A stretch of 63,542 nucleotides of DNA, filler included, from Basidiobolus ranarum (lineage: Eukaryota), in assembly GCA_040143965.1 (NCBI GenBank). It is 39 parts of 39 records of this genome, joined end to end, with 100 filler letters (N's around TTAATTAATTAA, not from the genome) between each part and the next. Parts side by side here need not be neighbours in the genome. Positions count along the whole stretch, not along the records: positions 49,003 to 50,530 come from JASJQH010004915.1; positions 50,631 to 52,157 come from JASJQH010004916.1; positions 52,258 to 53,784 come from JASJQH010004917.1; positions 53,885 to 55,411 come from JASJQH010004918.1; positions 55,512 to 57,038 come from JASJQH010004919.1; positions 57,139 to 58,665 come from JASJQH010004920.1; positions 58,766 to 60,291 come from JASJQH010004921.1; positions 60,392 to 61,917 come from JASJQH010004922.1; 31 more parts are not named here. One strand, 5' to 3'. Made by a program: the position numbers and the translations under genes. This document shows, piece by piece, positions 49,005 through 62,017 of this stretch (positions are counted from its first letter, which is position 1; each line of letters begins with the position of its first letter). The notes beneath the pieces were generated by a model. It was given only the letters and a program-made list of their open reading frames with translations. It did no database searches and was not told where the DNA came from.

Positions 49005-49259
49005 AACTATCAATGACAACTTTCTACTCAATAAATCAATAAGTGGAAACCACCAACTTCTCTAGTTCTCCAAACCACTTCCAATAGGTTCCCAAAATAC
49101 CTTAACAATAACATGGGGAGATTTAGATAGCTAGCTGTATGACTATATAGATGCTTATGTTGAAGTATTTGGGAGCCTGTTGGAAGTGGTTTGGAGAACT
49201 AGAGAAGTTGGTGGTTTCCACTTATTGATTTATTGAGTAGAAAGTTGTCATCGATAGTT
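49005..49259. repeat. Long inverted repeat (about 102-bp arms, 50-bp spacer) derived from the LTR-B 3' end
   Basis: 49005-49107 is the near-perfect reverse complement of 49158-49259. Confidence 0.9.
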
Positions 49260-49751
49260 GTGCCATTCTTATATATCTTTGAGTATATTATTCATTGTCA
49301 CACGTTGAAGCTTCAGAATACTTCAGCTTTTAGATAACTAGCTCAAACAATCTAATCAGATAGCCGGCGGTATAACTTATTATGTTAACTAAGGGAAATA
49401 TGTTGACAGAGGGTGCCAGTAATTTAATCTTTGATCTAACTGGCCAATCTAAAGATTTAGTTAGCTATACAAATATTTTGATTAGGATCACGTAATATCG
49501 GTAGGCTAATTTTGATTACTTCAGTGTGCGATTGCTGGATAAATGACGAAGGATCACCTAAATAAAAGAAAAAAAAAGGAACCCAAATTCGACTGAAAAA
49601 AAAATTGAGAGTAAAATCAAGTAACTAACTGAGCATAAACGGAGTTTTTTTCCAAGTCACAATTTTCCCATATACCCCCGGTTTTTTTCCGACTGACTCT
49701 TTAATATCTAGTTCACTTCTCTTCCGTTATATTTAGGAAGTTTTATTCAAA

Positions 49752-50530
49752 ATGGGTTTTAAAAAGAAGGTAGGAAAGGGGCGTTTGGATAAGTACTATT
49801 ACTTGGCCAAAGAGCAGGGTTATCGTGCCCGTTCTGCGTTCAAGTTGGTACAGTTAAATAAGAAATTCAACTTTTTGAGTAGCGCTCGTGTACTTGTAGA
49901 TTTATGTGCTGCCCCAGGTGGTTGGTATGTATTCTTGCTGAGTTGGTTTTTTTGAGGGTTTTTTCTAATGGATTTTACGTTCTTAAAGGCTTCAAGTTGC
50001 TACTAAATACATGCCAGTATCAAGTTTGATTATCGGTAAGTCTTGAGAGATACATAGCTCGTCTAATCGCACAACAATTACTTACATGGCAATACTTTTG
50101 TTGATTCATCAACTCACTAGGTGTGGATCTTGCCCCTATCAAACCCATCCCCAAAGTAATCACCTTCCAAGAAGATATTACAACTGAAAGATGTCGTCAA
50201 GCTCTCAGAAATGAGCTGAAGACCTGGAAAGCAGATGTGTAAGTTAGCATGTATTTTCCAAGATTTAATAATACTCGGTCTAATCAGCGCCTTTATATCA
50301 CTATTTGTATCTTAGTTTCCTTCACGATGGTGCACCTAACGTTGGTACTGCTTGGGTGCAAGATGCTTATTCTCAATCTGAGTTGGTATTAATGTCATTA
50401 AAGCTTGCTGTGGAGTTCATGAGCAAAGGAGGTAATTCAACAAAGCCTTTTGTTAGCTATTATGCGACGCATGTACTGAGCATTAATCATAGGTACTTTT
50501 GTCACCAAGGTCTTCAGATCCAAAGATTAC
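49752..50530 (+). CDS. SPB1: AdoMet-dependent rRNA methyltransferase Spb1, 5' part (exons 49752-49924, 49989-50035, 50121-50238, 50316-50431, 50493 onward)
   Basis: [70 protein letters not shown] after removing four GT-AG introns. Confidence 0.96.
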
Positions 50531-50630
50531 NNNNNNNNNNNNNNNNNNNNNNNNNNNNNNNNNNNNNNNNNNNNTTAATTAATTAANNNNNNNNNNNNNN
50601 NNNNNNNNNNNNNNNNNNNNNNNNNNNNNN

Positions 50631-51001
50631 GTTTATTGTCTTTATCATATTTGTTATCTCTATCTTTATACACCTAACTATTTCATATATCACATATAAG
50701 TTAGTTAACATTACTTAGTCAAATATCACTTAGCTAAAAATTGGAACATATATTATATATGTATTTGAATAATGTGAGAATTAGCAACTCCATAATGGAT
50801 ATTTCAAACTCATCCAAATTGCCCCAAAGATAGCTCATTTTACTCCCACTGATGTTTTGAACACAACCCCATTGTTAGTTTTCTATATTTCCACCAAAAA
50901 GTATAAATGCTTTACTTCTGGACAATAAACAATTATCTCACAAAGCTATTCACAACTCCACTTTTCTAAAGTTCCTCCAAACAGCCCACATTTTCCCAAT
51001 A
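50631..51001 (+). repeat. Copia LTR-A
   Basis: GTTTATTGTCTTTATC...CACATTTTCCCAATA. Confidence 0.9.
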
Positions 51002-52157
51002 CAAACAATTTTCCATGATTGTGTAGGAGTAATTGTCCAACACATATTCTGCTCTGCCAGATTGTCTTAGTGACAATCATATTTATAGTGTGGGATTGAT
51101 AGAAATCCCATATGAGAATGGATGGAGGGAGCAGCATGTTGCTGAAGCTCAAGTACAGCATTCTAATAGTCTTGGAGCATTGTTGAGTGACTCTCTAACT
51201 GTGGACTAGCTGCTTTTGAATGCTGCATTAGTTGCAATATTGTGGCATTATTGCTTGTCATGGCCTGTAGAGCAACTTTGTAGTTTTTACCTATGATTGT
51301 ATACAAATCATCATGGTTTTCTGCCTGCAATTCCCATGTAGAAATTCTATCCAAATTTTCTATAGAGGGTTGGTCAATAGTGGGCAAAGTAGCCATTTTA
51401 GAAGTTGATGATCTTGATCATGTTTGGATGAACTTCACGCAACAATAGATTTACTAAGTATTTGGAAGATTACAATCTTTTCACTTGAACTATTGCTGGA
51501 AAGGACCCCATATGGTAAATTGATTAATGCTTCATCATTATTTGAGTTAGTTTCCTGCATGTTAATGCCTTTGAAAGTGGATAGCGGAATGCTAGACTGC
51601 TCATGAATTAAGTCCTCTGTTCCTGCTGGTTTTTTTACTTTTATGTGAGCAGGCTTTGGCTTGGAAGCCAATTTTGATTTAGATTTTCAACACTTTGTGA
51701 ATGGCGTTGCAATTTTCTGATGTTAAACTTGATTTAATGAATTTGCCCAGAAACAGCTTATAATAAACCAATATTGCCTTCCATTACCACAAATATCTTG
51801 TAAATCCCCGGCTGAATCATTGGTGACAATGTCTCGGAATCAGCTGATGATATTGATGGGCTATACCTAAAATACCACCTTTATGTAAAAGGTGTACTCT
51901 TTCTACAATATTCTTCTCATGTTGCAAAACAGATGTTTAAATGAGCCTTGCCACTATTGTCACAAATTCTTGTGCTATCAAAGCCAGAGGCTTCATAGAA
52001 AAAATAATCACATGCATGGTCACTGTACAAAGCCACCAACTGCACAAAGCCTGGCAAATATCAACAGTAATAAGCACACAAAACAACTTTTGTTTTGGCC
52101 ACTGAGTGCACTGACTATACTATGCCTCAAAGTTTTGGTAACACTGCCAAAAGTCAC
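51002..52157. mobile_element. CMC left arm with a decayed minus-strand ORF
   Basis: 51780-52157 matches 9840-10215; 51570-51690 matches 36955-37070. Confidence 0.7.
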
Positions 52158-52257
52158 NNNNNNNNNNNNNNNNNNNNNNNNNNNNNNNNNNNNNNNNNNN
52201 NTTAATTAATTAANNNNNNNNNNNNNNNNNNNNNNNNNNNNNNNNNNNNNNNNNNNN

Positions 52258-52465
52258 GGCCCCATCCCTTCTGGAATTCTCTACACTTGGCTCCATCCTA
52301 TCTGGAACACTCCTAGGCCTAGCTTACTAGGAAACTCAGCTTTGTCAACTTCTTGACTTTATCTTTGAGTATTATATTCTAACTTGGCTTATTTATTTAT
52401 TGACTTTGTTTAAAATTGATAAATTAATATTACACCTTCTGGTGTTTATCATCCCCCCCTAAAGC
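52258..52465 (-). repeat. Probable LTR start with polypurine tract (gypsy-like)
   Basis: The minus strand reads CTTTAGGGGGGGA-TGATAAACA. Confidence 0.5.
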
Positions 52466-52469
52466 ATAG

Positions 52470-53784
52470 ATAAGTGAATATTGTTTGGAGTACTGGTAAA
52501 ATATGATGGAATCTTAACATTCTCAAGTATTGTCCTATCCAATTCAAACTTTGTTTCTATCTCCAATGGCTCATTCACATTGAATTTTACTAATATGGCT
52601 GAGTAAGTATGATTGGAATATTGTTGGATAGTAAGTGCATAGTACCTAATGGGAAGCTCTGACTACAGCATATCCCCCTTAGCAATATAGTCTTAGGCTA
52701 ATGGCTGAGCCCAAGTTTGATGTTAGACTTACTATTTGGTGAATTGATTTCATTGAGTATGTTTAAATATTGCAGGGCTCTTGATGGTAAGTTCATGGAG
52801 TTTAGTGTCATATTGGGATAGCAGTTATGCATCCAACAGTTGTGTGTGTACAAAAATTAAAATAGACAAAAAAGTATATAAAAAATATAAAAGTTTCAAA
52901 ATGTGCATGATACAAATTTAGAAATAGACAAAACATTAAGCATGCAATGGTTTATTTATTTTAATATTGAAATTTAAAGTTTTGTATTTTGAATTTTTAA
53001 GAATCATTTACACATCAACTGTATGAATCTTGCAGGATTGTCACCTATAACTATAACAATATTAGCTTTATAGGTTGTACACCCATCTGTACCCCATTAT
53101 ATAACCATTCAAATAACAAAATCAAAGGCTCCAAGAAGCTATCTACAACCACTGGTGATTTAGGTTGAGATGTGATGGATTTTGTCAAATTATTTTGATA
53201 CTTTACCTGTCAGAAGGTGGAAGGTGTAAGTTAATTTAAATTGTTGGCCAGTAAGCTTTTCCAATGTTATATTTGGTTAGTGAGGAACCATCTAGAGCCA
53301 ATGCAAATGCTTGATCACATGTGTTCTCAAAGAAACCTTGACTTTTTGGATTCTGCTGGTGAGATCCATCAAGTATATTGGTTACACCATCAGCTTTACA
53401 TTCAGTACTTTGGTATTGCATCAATGCTCTAAATTTGGGTTATTTTATCAAAACTTTAAGATGGGGAATCCACAGTTTGTATGCCAAATATTAACAATGT
53501 TTACCAGTTTCAGTGATTGCCAATTGTATGCAAACAGTATATGACTTCAGGCTTTTCCAATCATTGGTGAAAGCCAAACAACCATTTGGATCTCAGGATA
53601 GTTTGATTACCCAAAGATCACAAGTCATACAATTAACAAGTGTTTTCCACTTGTTCCAGGTCTTTGGCAAGCAACAGTTGCCAATCAACTGTGGTAAAAA
53701 TGTAAGAAAGCCAATAAACACCTGGTTGCTAAGATTGGATTGAACTCTCCAGTCCTCAATAATCAAAGCTTCTGCCTTTAATAT
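52470..53784 (-). mobile_element. Degenerate CMC transposase
   Basis: NILDGSH..AFALALDG..YWPTI. Reverse complement of the 55620-56830 type sequence. Confidence 0.82.
52837..53021. mobile_element. Probable Tc1/mariner-derived MITE (185 bp)
   Basis: AT-rich insert absent from other CMC copies, with imperfect TIRs CAGTTGTGTGTGTA / TACACATCAACTG and TA on the right flank. Confidence 0.5.
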
Positions 53785-53884
53785 NNNNNNNNNNNNNNNN
53801 NNNNNNNNNNNNNNNNNNNNNNNNNNNNTTAATTAATTAANNNNNNNNNNNNNNNNNNNNNNNNNNNNNNNNNNNNNNNNNNNN

Positions 53885-55411
53885 CCTTTGCCTCAAAGTC
53901 TTGGTAACACTGCCAAAAGTCAAGGTACCATGGAGCTACTGCAGTAATATGACCAGAATGATGCAGATAGAAATGCAACTTTGGTCAAACCAGTTAGTCC
54001 AGACAACTTTTAGGTCATGCTACATATTGGTGTTGCTTATTCCAATACCAGTGGTTATATATGACAAGTTGCAGAAGAAGGCAATGGTTTTCTTACTGAC
54101 TCTCTGCTATTGACAAGTATTAGTCCTCTCATAGCACTATAGTAAAGGATGCAGTTTGCTTACGGAGGAGTGGAGAGTTCAATCCAATCTTAGCAACCAG
54201 GTGTTTATTGGTTTTATTACATTTTTACAACAGTTTTTTGGCAGTTGTTCCTTGCCCCAGACCAGGTAAAAGTGAAAAACACTTGTCAATCAAATAACTT
54301 ATAATACTTTGGTAATTAAACTGCCATCATTTCTAAATAGTTGTTTGGCTTTCACTAGTGTTCTGAAAAATCTGAAGTCATGTACTATTTTAACACAATT
54401 GGCAATCGCAGATTTAGATAAATATTGCTCATATTTAGCTTACATACCATTGATTCCCCATCTTGAAGTTTTGATGAAATCACCCAAATATAGATCATTG
54501 ATCCAATACCAAAGTACATCATTGAGCATAAAGCTGATGGTAATACCAGTATACTGGATGGATCTCACTACCAGAATCTGAAACATCAAGGTTTTTTTGA
54601 GAACACATATGATCATGCATTTGCATTGGCTCTGGATGGTTTCTCACTAAACAAATCTACTATTGCAAAGGCTTTCTGGCTAATAATTTTAATTAACTTC
54701 AATCTTCCTCCTTCTGAATGATATAAGAGTCATAATATTTTTGTACCATCCATCATATCTGGACCAAAATCAGCAGTGCTTACACATAGCTTCTTAGGGT
54801 CATTGATTGTGGGATTGGGATAGTTATCTATCAGGGTCAGATGGGTGAGTATTTTATTCAAGTTAGTATCATTGTGTGTATTAGTGACACTCCTGCCATC
54901 AGTAAACTTGGAGGTTTTGTGGCTACAATGCACTGTCCTGCTGCAGATATTGTTAAATCAATAGAGTTTACTCTGTCAGGAATATATATTACAACTATCC
55001 AGATAAAACACTAAACTCAATGATTTTACAGTCAGGTGCTTGGTCAGATTTCAACATGCTCATTGATATCAATACACCAAGCAGCCAGCCTAACATCAAA
55101 CATGGTATTAGCCTTAAGCCTAAAGTTATATTGGCAAAGGGGTTCAGCTTGCACCAGAGCTTCCAATTAGGCACTAAGCACTTACTATTCAACAACATTC
55201 CAATATGAATTACTAAGCTATACTCTAACAAAATGAAATCAATTTGATCCAGATCAGATCCACCCTCCAAAAGAGCAAAAGCATCAGAGAACTGTCACAA
55301 TATTGGTGGCTTGCACTCTGCCAGGGATTTTGATGGTGTAACAGCAGTTTCTTGATGGTATTCATACATGTTAAAATTTTGATCCTCAAATTGGCATGCA
55401 TTATTCAATAT
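53885..55411 (+). mobile_element. Degenerate CMC transposase, interrupted at 55223 by the right terminus of another copy
   Basis: AYIPLIPHL, ALALDGF..INFNLPPSE, SDTPAISKLGGF; then CTCTAACAAAATGAAATCAATTTGATCC. Confidence 0.83.
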
Positions 55412-55511
55412 NNNNNNNNNNNNNNNNNNNNNNNNNNNNNNNNNNNNNNNNNNNNTTAATTAATTAANNNNNNNNNNNNNNNNNNNNNNNNNNNNNNNNN
55501 NNNNNNNNNNN

Positions 55512-57038
55512 AGTAGTATGTCAGAAGTTGAAGAAGAAGACAACGGTTTTGTTATGGACTCTTTGTTATCGGCAAACATTAGTCCACTCATAACACTTAC
55601 AGTAAAGGAAGCACCTTTGATTATTGAGGAGTGGAGAGTTCAATCCAATCTTAGCAACCAGGTGTTCATTGGTTTTCTTACACTTTTACCACAGTTGATT
55701 GGCAACTGTTGCTTGCCACATACCTGGTACAAGTGGAAAACACTTGTCAACTGTATGACTTATAATCCTTCAGTAATTAAACTACCTTCATGTCCAAATA
55801 GGTGTTTGGCTCTTAATAGTGATCTGAAAAACCTGAAGACATGTACTATTTACACACAATTGGCAATCACTGAATCAGGTAGATAGCATTCATAATTGGC
55901 TTACACACCATTGATTCACTGCCTTAAAGTCTTGATGAAATCACCCAAATATAGATCATTGATCTAATACCAAAGTATTAACCATAGAGCTGATGGTATT
56001 ACAGATATACTTGATGGATATCACTTGCAGAATCTGAAATGTCAAGGTTTCTTTGAGAACACATATGAGTATGCATTTGCATTGGCTCTGGATGGTTTGT
56101 TGCTAAACAATTGTACCATTTGAAAGGCTTGCTGGCCAACAATTTAAATTAATTTAAATCTTCCTCCTTCTGAACAGTATAAGAGTCATAATATTTTGAT
56201 ACTATCCATAATATCTGACCTAAATCACTGGTGCTTATAGATAGCTTCTTAGGGCCTTTGATTGCAGAATTTGTATGGTTCTCTAATGGGGTTCAGAAGG
56301 GTGAATATTTTATTAAAGCTTATATCATTGTATGTATTAGTGAAACTCATGCCATTGGCAAACTTGGAGGTTTTTGTGGGCACAATGCACTATCTTGCTG
56401 TAGATTTTGTCAAATCAATGGAGTCTACTCTATCAGGCATATGCGTTACTATTATCCAAATACAACACTAAACTCCATGATTTTACCATCAAAAGCCTGG
56501 TCAGATTTCAACATGATTATTGATATCAATTCACCAAATAGTCTGTCTAACATGAAACTTGGTATTAGCTATAAGCCTAAGATTATTTTGCTAAAGGGGA
56601 TTAGCTGGAGCCAGAGCTTCCCATTAGGCACTATGCACTTACTACTCAACAACATTCAAGTACTACTTACATAGCTATATAGTGGAAAATTCAATATTAA
56701 TGAGCCACTTGAGATAGGATCAAAGTTTGAGTCAATGGGGAATATGCTTGAAAACATCAAGATACCATCATATTTTACCAGGACTCCCATCAATATCCAC
56801 TCATTTACACATTTATTCCAATGAAAAGACTGGAAGTATTGGAATTGTATATATTCAAGTGGAATTTTGAAAACATTTCTGCCTGATAAATACTTGCAAC
56901 ATTGGGAGTTGTTTGTGGATATTGTTAATATATTCTTATGGCATCAACTCTCATTGGCAGATCTCATGCAGATATAGCAACTGTGCAAAGATTTTGTATA
57001 TGGATATTAAAACTTTATTACAAGTTTAAAGAAGATAG
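55512..57038 (+). mobile_element. Best-preserved CMC (Transposase_21-like) transposase core
   Basis: CPNRCLAL..ALALDG..NLPPSEQY..DSFLGPLIAEF..KAYIIVCISETHAIGKLGGFCGHNALSCCRFCQING..MHLLLNN. Confidence 0.87.
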
Positions 57039-57138
57039 NNNNNNNNNNNNNNNNNNNNNNNNNNNNNNNNNNNNNNNNNNNNTTAATTAATTAANNNNNN
57101 NNNNNNNNNNNNNNNNNNNNNNNNNNNNNNNNNNNNNN

Positions 57139-57760
57139 TATATAATTAGCATCTTTGAAACAGTGCAGAATCCTGCCCAGAAGCACCCTTATTTAAGTAA
57201 AGTGTACAAAAACCAAATACCAGGCATCTTCTGGTGGGTTCTTGACTTATTTCATGTGGCTTATCCAGGGTTTGTGCAAGCAAATGGCAATATGGTTAGT
57301 ATAGACTATTGTTGAAGCCTTGCAGAAATGTATGCAAATCCTGACTTCGAAATGAAAGCAAAGCAGCTAAAGCTGTACTTATGGACTAGGAAGTTAGTAA
57401 ACCCAGGGAAAACGCAAAGGAGCAAGTGATTTTTGGCTATACAATTACCCTTACTGATTTCTTGACACCTTCACATATACAAGTATTTCCTTAGTTGGAT
57501 ATATTAGGAAATATATTGTTGAAAAGGCTTGATTTTAATGTGCAGTCAAGAACACCAGTTGACAGATTCAAAAGTTGGAAGCATATCTAACACCAGCATC
57601 TCCCAACAAGCTAAAACACCAGCAAATAAAACTCATGCATCTCCAACCTCAACTGGTACTTTTCAAAGTGTTACAATTAGCCCCAAGCTTCAAGGCCAGC
57701 AGAAAGCTACCCTAACACCACTAAGCATACTGAGTAGTGTCTCACTAGAAGAACACACTT
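57139..57760 (+). repeat. Repeat D copy
   Basis: Homologous to 29446-29831 and, reversed, to 36660-36950. Confidence 0.7.
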
Positions 57761-57764
57761 ACAC

Positions 57765-58665
57765 AATGCTGATTGCTTGAGATCAGGCTAAGACCAAATA
57801 TGGTGAAGCTATTTTGACCACTCTATATCTGCAAAATATAAGATCAACATGTACCAGCCATGACTTGAAAACACCTATTGGAGTTTGGATTGGAAACAAG
57901 CCTAATCTGAATCATCACAGAATAGTTGGATCCATAGTATATGTTCATATTGCTAAATCACAACATGGGTAATTGGACAAGAGGGCCATTATATTTGTCA
58001 AATTGGACATGGGAACAAAGGTTATTGTCTCCTAATTGCTGGCATAAATCAAACCATATATTCCAGAGACAACATATTTATTAATGAAAATCTCCGATTT
58101 TATAATTGAAGGAATTTGATTTTGGCAGATAATCAATTTCTCATAAACTAAACTAATAAGTATTGAGATCAACTTGGAAAACATCACATTAGAAACAGAC
58201 GTTGAAATTAGGCTCCACTTGGAATCTGAAACCATCTTTCAACATTATCTAAATTTAGAGAATGACACATCTAGAACAAGGTGTAAAGTAGCAACCACCA
58301 ATCAATATACAAAAAATATCCTAATCTCAATATGGCTGATATTGAAGGTACACATTTGCTGGAGGTATGCAATCAATCACAAAATTTAGACAACCAAGTC
58401 TCAGAAATCCTACCAAGTGAAAATCAGAAAATCCTGTAAGTGAAATATCTGGCCTTTCTAGCATGAACCTTGGATGTCTCAAATCAGAGCATGGAATCAT
58501 TGAAGTCAACACAGAAAAAGGATGCAATATATTTTACACATTGCCCTTTTAAACCAGAAAATATGCCCCAAGCTCTGTGATCTGAAAAAGCAACAGAATA
58601 AAGAAAAGTAACTGTTGATGAAATCCAATCCCTAATCAAGTATTAAATCTGTATCTTTGTAAATC
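57765..58665 (+). mobile_element. Copia integrase C-terminus and linker
   Basis: GEAILTTLYLQNIRST..WIGNKPNLNHHRIVGSIVYVHI. Homologous to 1-1200 (reverse). Confidence 0.8.
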
Positions 58666-58765
58666 NNNNNNNNNNNNNNNNNNNNNNNNNNNNNNNNNNN
58701 NNNNNNNNNTTAATTAATTAANNNNNNNNNNNNNNNNNNNNNNNNNNNNNNNNNNNNNNNNNNNN

Positions 58766-60232
58766 CATATATAGCTTAATATTTAGTTATCTTATATTGA
58801 ACTAAGATATCATCCATTACTCTCAATTGGAATTTGCTTGGAATATTTTGACCAACTTAGAAGTTCTCAGATATATGGATTTTTCAAACTTGTGCTAGAG
58901 GCCCCAAAACTAGCACACATTTTCCTGTGACCTTTTTTAGCACATTCTATGTGCTAGTTTGTTTACATCTTGACAAAACTATAAATGTCAACTTTCTACT
59001 CAATTAATCAACAAGTGAAAACCACCAATTTCTCTAATTCTACAAGCCACTTCAAGCAGGCTATGAGCCCAGGCTTGTCCTCTCTGCAATGTCCTCTTAT
59101 CAAATTTTGGAACTTTTCCCTTTTCTGAAAAATTGGATGGAATGAATTATTAAGTTTGGAAAAGAACATCAAAATGCTGCAGCAAGAAAAAGGACTTTGG
59201 GACACTGTTGTTGGAGAAAAAAACAACACAAAACCATCTGAAACCAAAGCACTATCCAGGTTTGAAAAGAACAAAGTGCTTTAACACAATTTGTCTTAAT
59301 GCTCAAGACAAATTGTTAATTCACTGCTCAAGAGCAAAAAGTACCAAGATGGTATGGACAGCCTTGGAAGACATCTAAACAACATGACCTGCTGCCAACA
59401 AGATGTTATAGGAAGATGATTCTTTAACTTAAAGATAAACCTGGAGAAGACATTCAATCATTAATCAACAGAGTCACTATTTTAGTGGATCAGATGGAGT
59501 GCAATGAAGTACCTACCAGAGATCAAGATATTTTAGTTACAATCTTGAATAGCCTGTCACATGAGTTTCAGAGCCCAATAATGGCTCTAGAATCAAGAAC
59601 TGGAAATTTGACCTTAAATTATGTAATTGGCAAACTTCTGCATGAAGAGTTTTGCAAATATAGATCCAACCAAACAAATGAAGAAATCACTTTAATAGGC
59701 AATGGGAAACCTTCCTATAAAGGTCAAAAGTGCTTCAAGATCAAAAGTCATGCATTCTGTGAAGATTGTAAAAGAACAGGCCATTTAAGCAAAGATTGCT
59801 TCAAAAGATTTGCAAAAGAAGAAAAATGTACTGAATCTGGAAATGTGGTTATAACAGAAGATTGTTGTTCATATCTGCTCTGTCTATGACTACCAACAAG
59901 GACTTTCAGACATGGTATATTGATTCTGGAGCCTCCCAACATTTTACAAATGAAAAACATTGGTTTGTGAATTATGAAGAAATTCCAATTAGAAAGGTTT
60001 TCCTGGTAGATGACCATACATTGGATGCCACTAGAACAATCCAAGTGAATCAAACCGGAGCTTCTCACAAAAAAGTATATACTTTTAAGGATATACTATA
60101 TGCTCCAGATATTGCCCAGAACTTAATATCTGCATGCAAGGCCACCTCAGAAGGGCTAAAATTCAATTTTGATAAGTCAGGATGCACAATCACTGATCAA
60201 ATTGGGAATTACATAGCTTTGGGAGCATATGA
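58766..60232 (+). mobile_element. Copia-B 5' LTR (to 59058), PBS GGCTATGAGCCC (59059-59070), gag and protease
   Basis: TILNSLSHEF..ALESR, CEDCKRTGHLSKDC, WYIDSGASQHF. Interrupted by LTR-A at about 60235. Confidence 0.9.
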
Positions 60233-60441
60233 TTATTGGGAAAATATGGGCTGTTTGGAGGAACTTTCAAAAAGTGGAGTTGTGAATAGCTNNNNNNNNN
60301 NNNNNNNNNNNNNNNNNNNNNNNNNNNNNNNNNNNTTAATTAATTAANNNNNNNNNNNNNNNNNNNNNNNNNNNNNNNNNNNNNNNNNNNNATGTATAAA
60401 CATAGAGATAACAAATATGATAAAGACAATAAACTTCAACA

Positions 60442-61717
60442 ATTTCAACATGATCACTGATATTAATTCACCAAATAGTCAGTCTAACATCAAACTTGGC
60501 ATTAGCCATAAGCCTAAGATTATATTGCTAAAGGGGATCAGCTGGAGCCAGAGCTTCCAATTAGGCACTATGCACTTACTATTCAACAACATTCCAATAC
60601 TACTTACTCAGCTATATAGTGGAAAATTCAATATGAATGAGCCATTTGAGATAGGATCAAAGTTTGAATCAATTGGGAAAATGCATGAAAACGTCAAGAT
60701 ACCATCATATTTAACCCAGACTCCCATTAATATCCACTCATCTAGGCATTTATTCAAATGCAAAGACTGGAAGTATTGCATTTATATATATTCAAGTTGA
60801 ATTTTGAAACAATTTCTGCCTGATAAGTATTGGCAACATTGGGAGTTGTTTGTCAATATTGTTAATATCTTCTTATGGCATCAACTCACATTGGCAGATC
60901 TAAGGAAGATACAGCAACTATGCAAAGATTTTGTAAATGGATGTGAAAAACTTTATTACAGGTTTAAGCAAGATAGACTGAATCTATACTGGTATTCAAT
61001 ACATTCCCTGCTGCATCTTTCACAATGATTAGAGATTATGGGCCCTTGCTATACATTCTGGGAGTTCCCAATGGAGTGCACCTGCAGTGAAATGAAGCTC
61101 TCTGTGAAATTGTTAGTATTACCATATGCATTATTGACTGCAAGTTGGGGATATATTGGTTGAATTCTTTGCGGAAATTTGCCAAAATCCAAGAGCTTAT
61201 TCTCATTTTGAATGGTAACAAGAGTTAGCTATTTGCCAAGTGTCAGTACTATTCAAAATTTCAGCTGCGTAGCAATTTTTCCACCATTAGTTTGCTGGTA
61301 AAGCATATTGATGTTGTTGAGTTATATCTAATCAGTCAAATATGTATACATGTAGAGACTAAAAACAACAAGATTCTTGTATATTTTGATTCTCATTATG
61401 GCTGGAATAAAAAGCCCAAAATATCTAAATAAAGGCATGCATATTAATTCAAATTGCTACTGCAGTAAACCCAGTAATTTGCCATTTGAAAATTACATTT
61501 TTGCAAAAATTGCTGGATATTGAATGACGCATACTAAATTTGAGGATCAATATTTTAACATGTATGAATACTGTGAGGATACCATCAAAAAACCACATCA
61601 CACCATTAAAATCCCTGGCAGAATGCAAGCCAACATTATTGTGATGGTTCTCTGACAGTTTTGCAATTTTGGAGGGTGGATGCAATCCGGATCAAATTAA
61701 TAATATTTTTGTTAGGG
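60442..61717 (+). mobile_element. CMC transposon 3' half with internal deletion and intact right TIR (..TTTTTGTTAGGG)
   Basis: Matches 14950-16276 apart from a deletion of about 340 bp near 61130. Preceded by an LTR-A end at 60392-60441. Confidence 0.87.
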
Positions 61718-61917
61718 TGAAGAAAGCCAGAAATGCTAACAGGGACTACTTTGACAAAACCCATCCCCTCCAACCTAAGCCACTACAAGGTGATGACCTT
61801 GTCCTGGAATATGATTCGGCTCTTGACAAACAATGGAGTAGGAAGTTTGCCAACCAATGGAGAGGCCCATACAAAATTGTGAAAGTTGTAGGTCATTGAA
61901 GCTATTACACTGCAGTA
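61718..61917 (+). mobile_element. Ty3/gypsy integrase C-terminal GPY/F module
   Basis: YFDKTHPL..LQGDDLVLEYDS..KFANQWRGPYKIVKV. Confidence 0.8.
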
Positions 61918-62017
61918 NNNNNNNNNNNNNNNNNNNNNNNNNNNNNNNNNNNNNNNNNNNNTTAATTAATTAANNNNNNNNNNNNNNNNNNNNNNNNNNN
62001 NNNNNNNNNNNNNNNNN

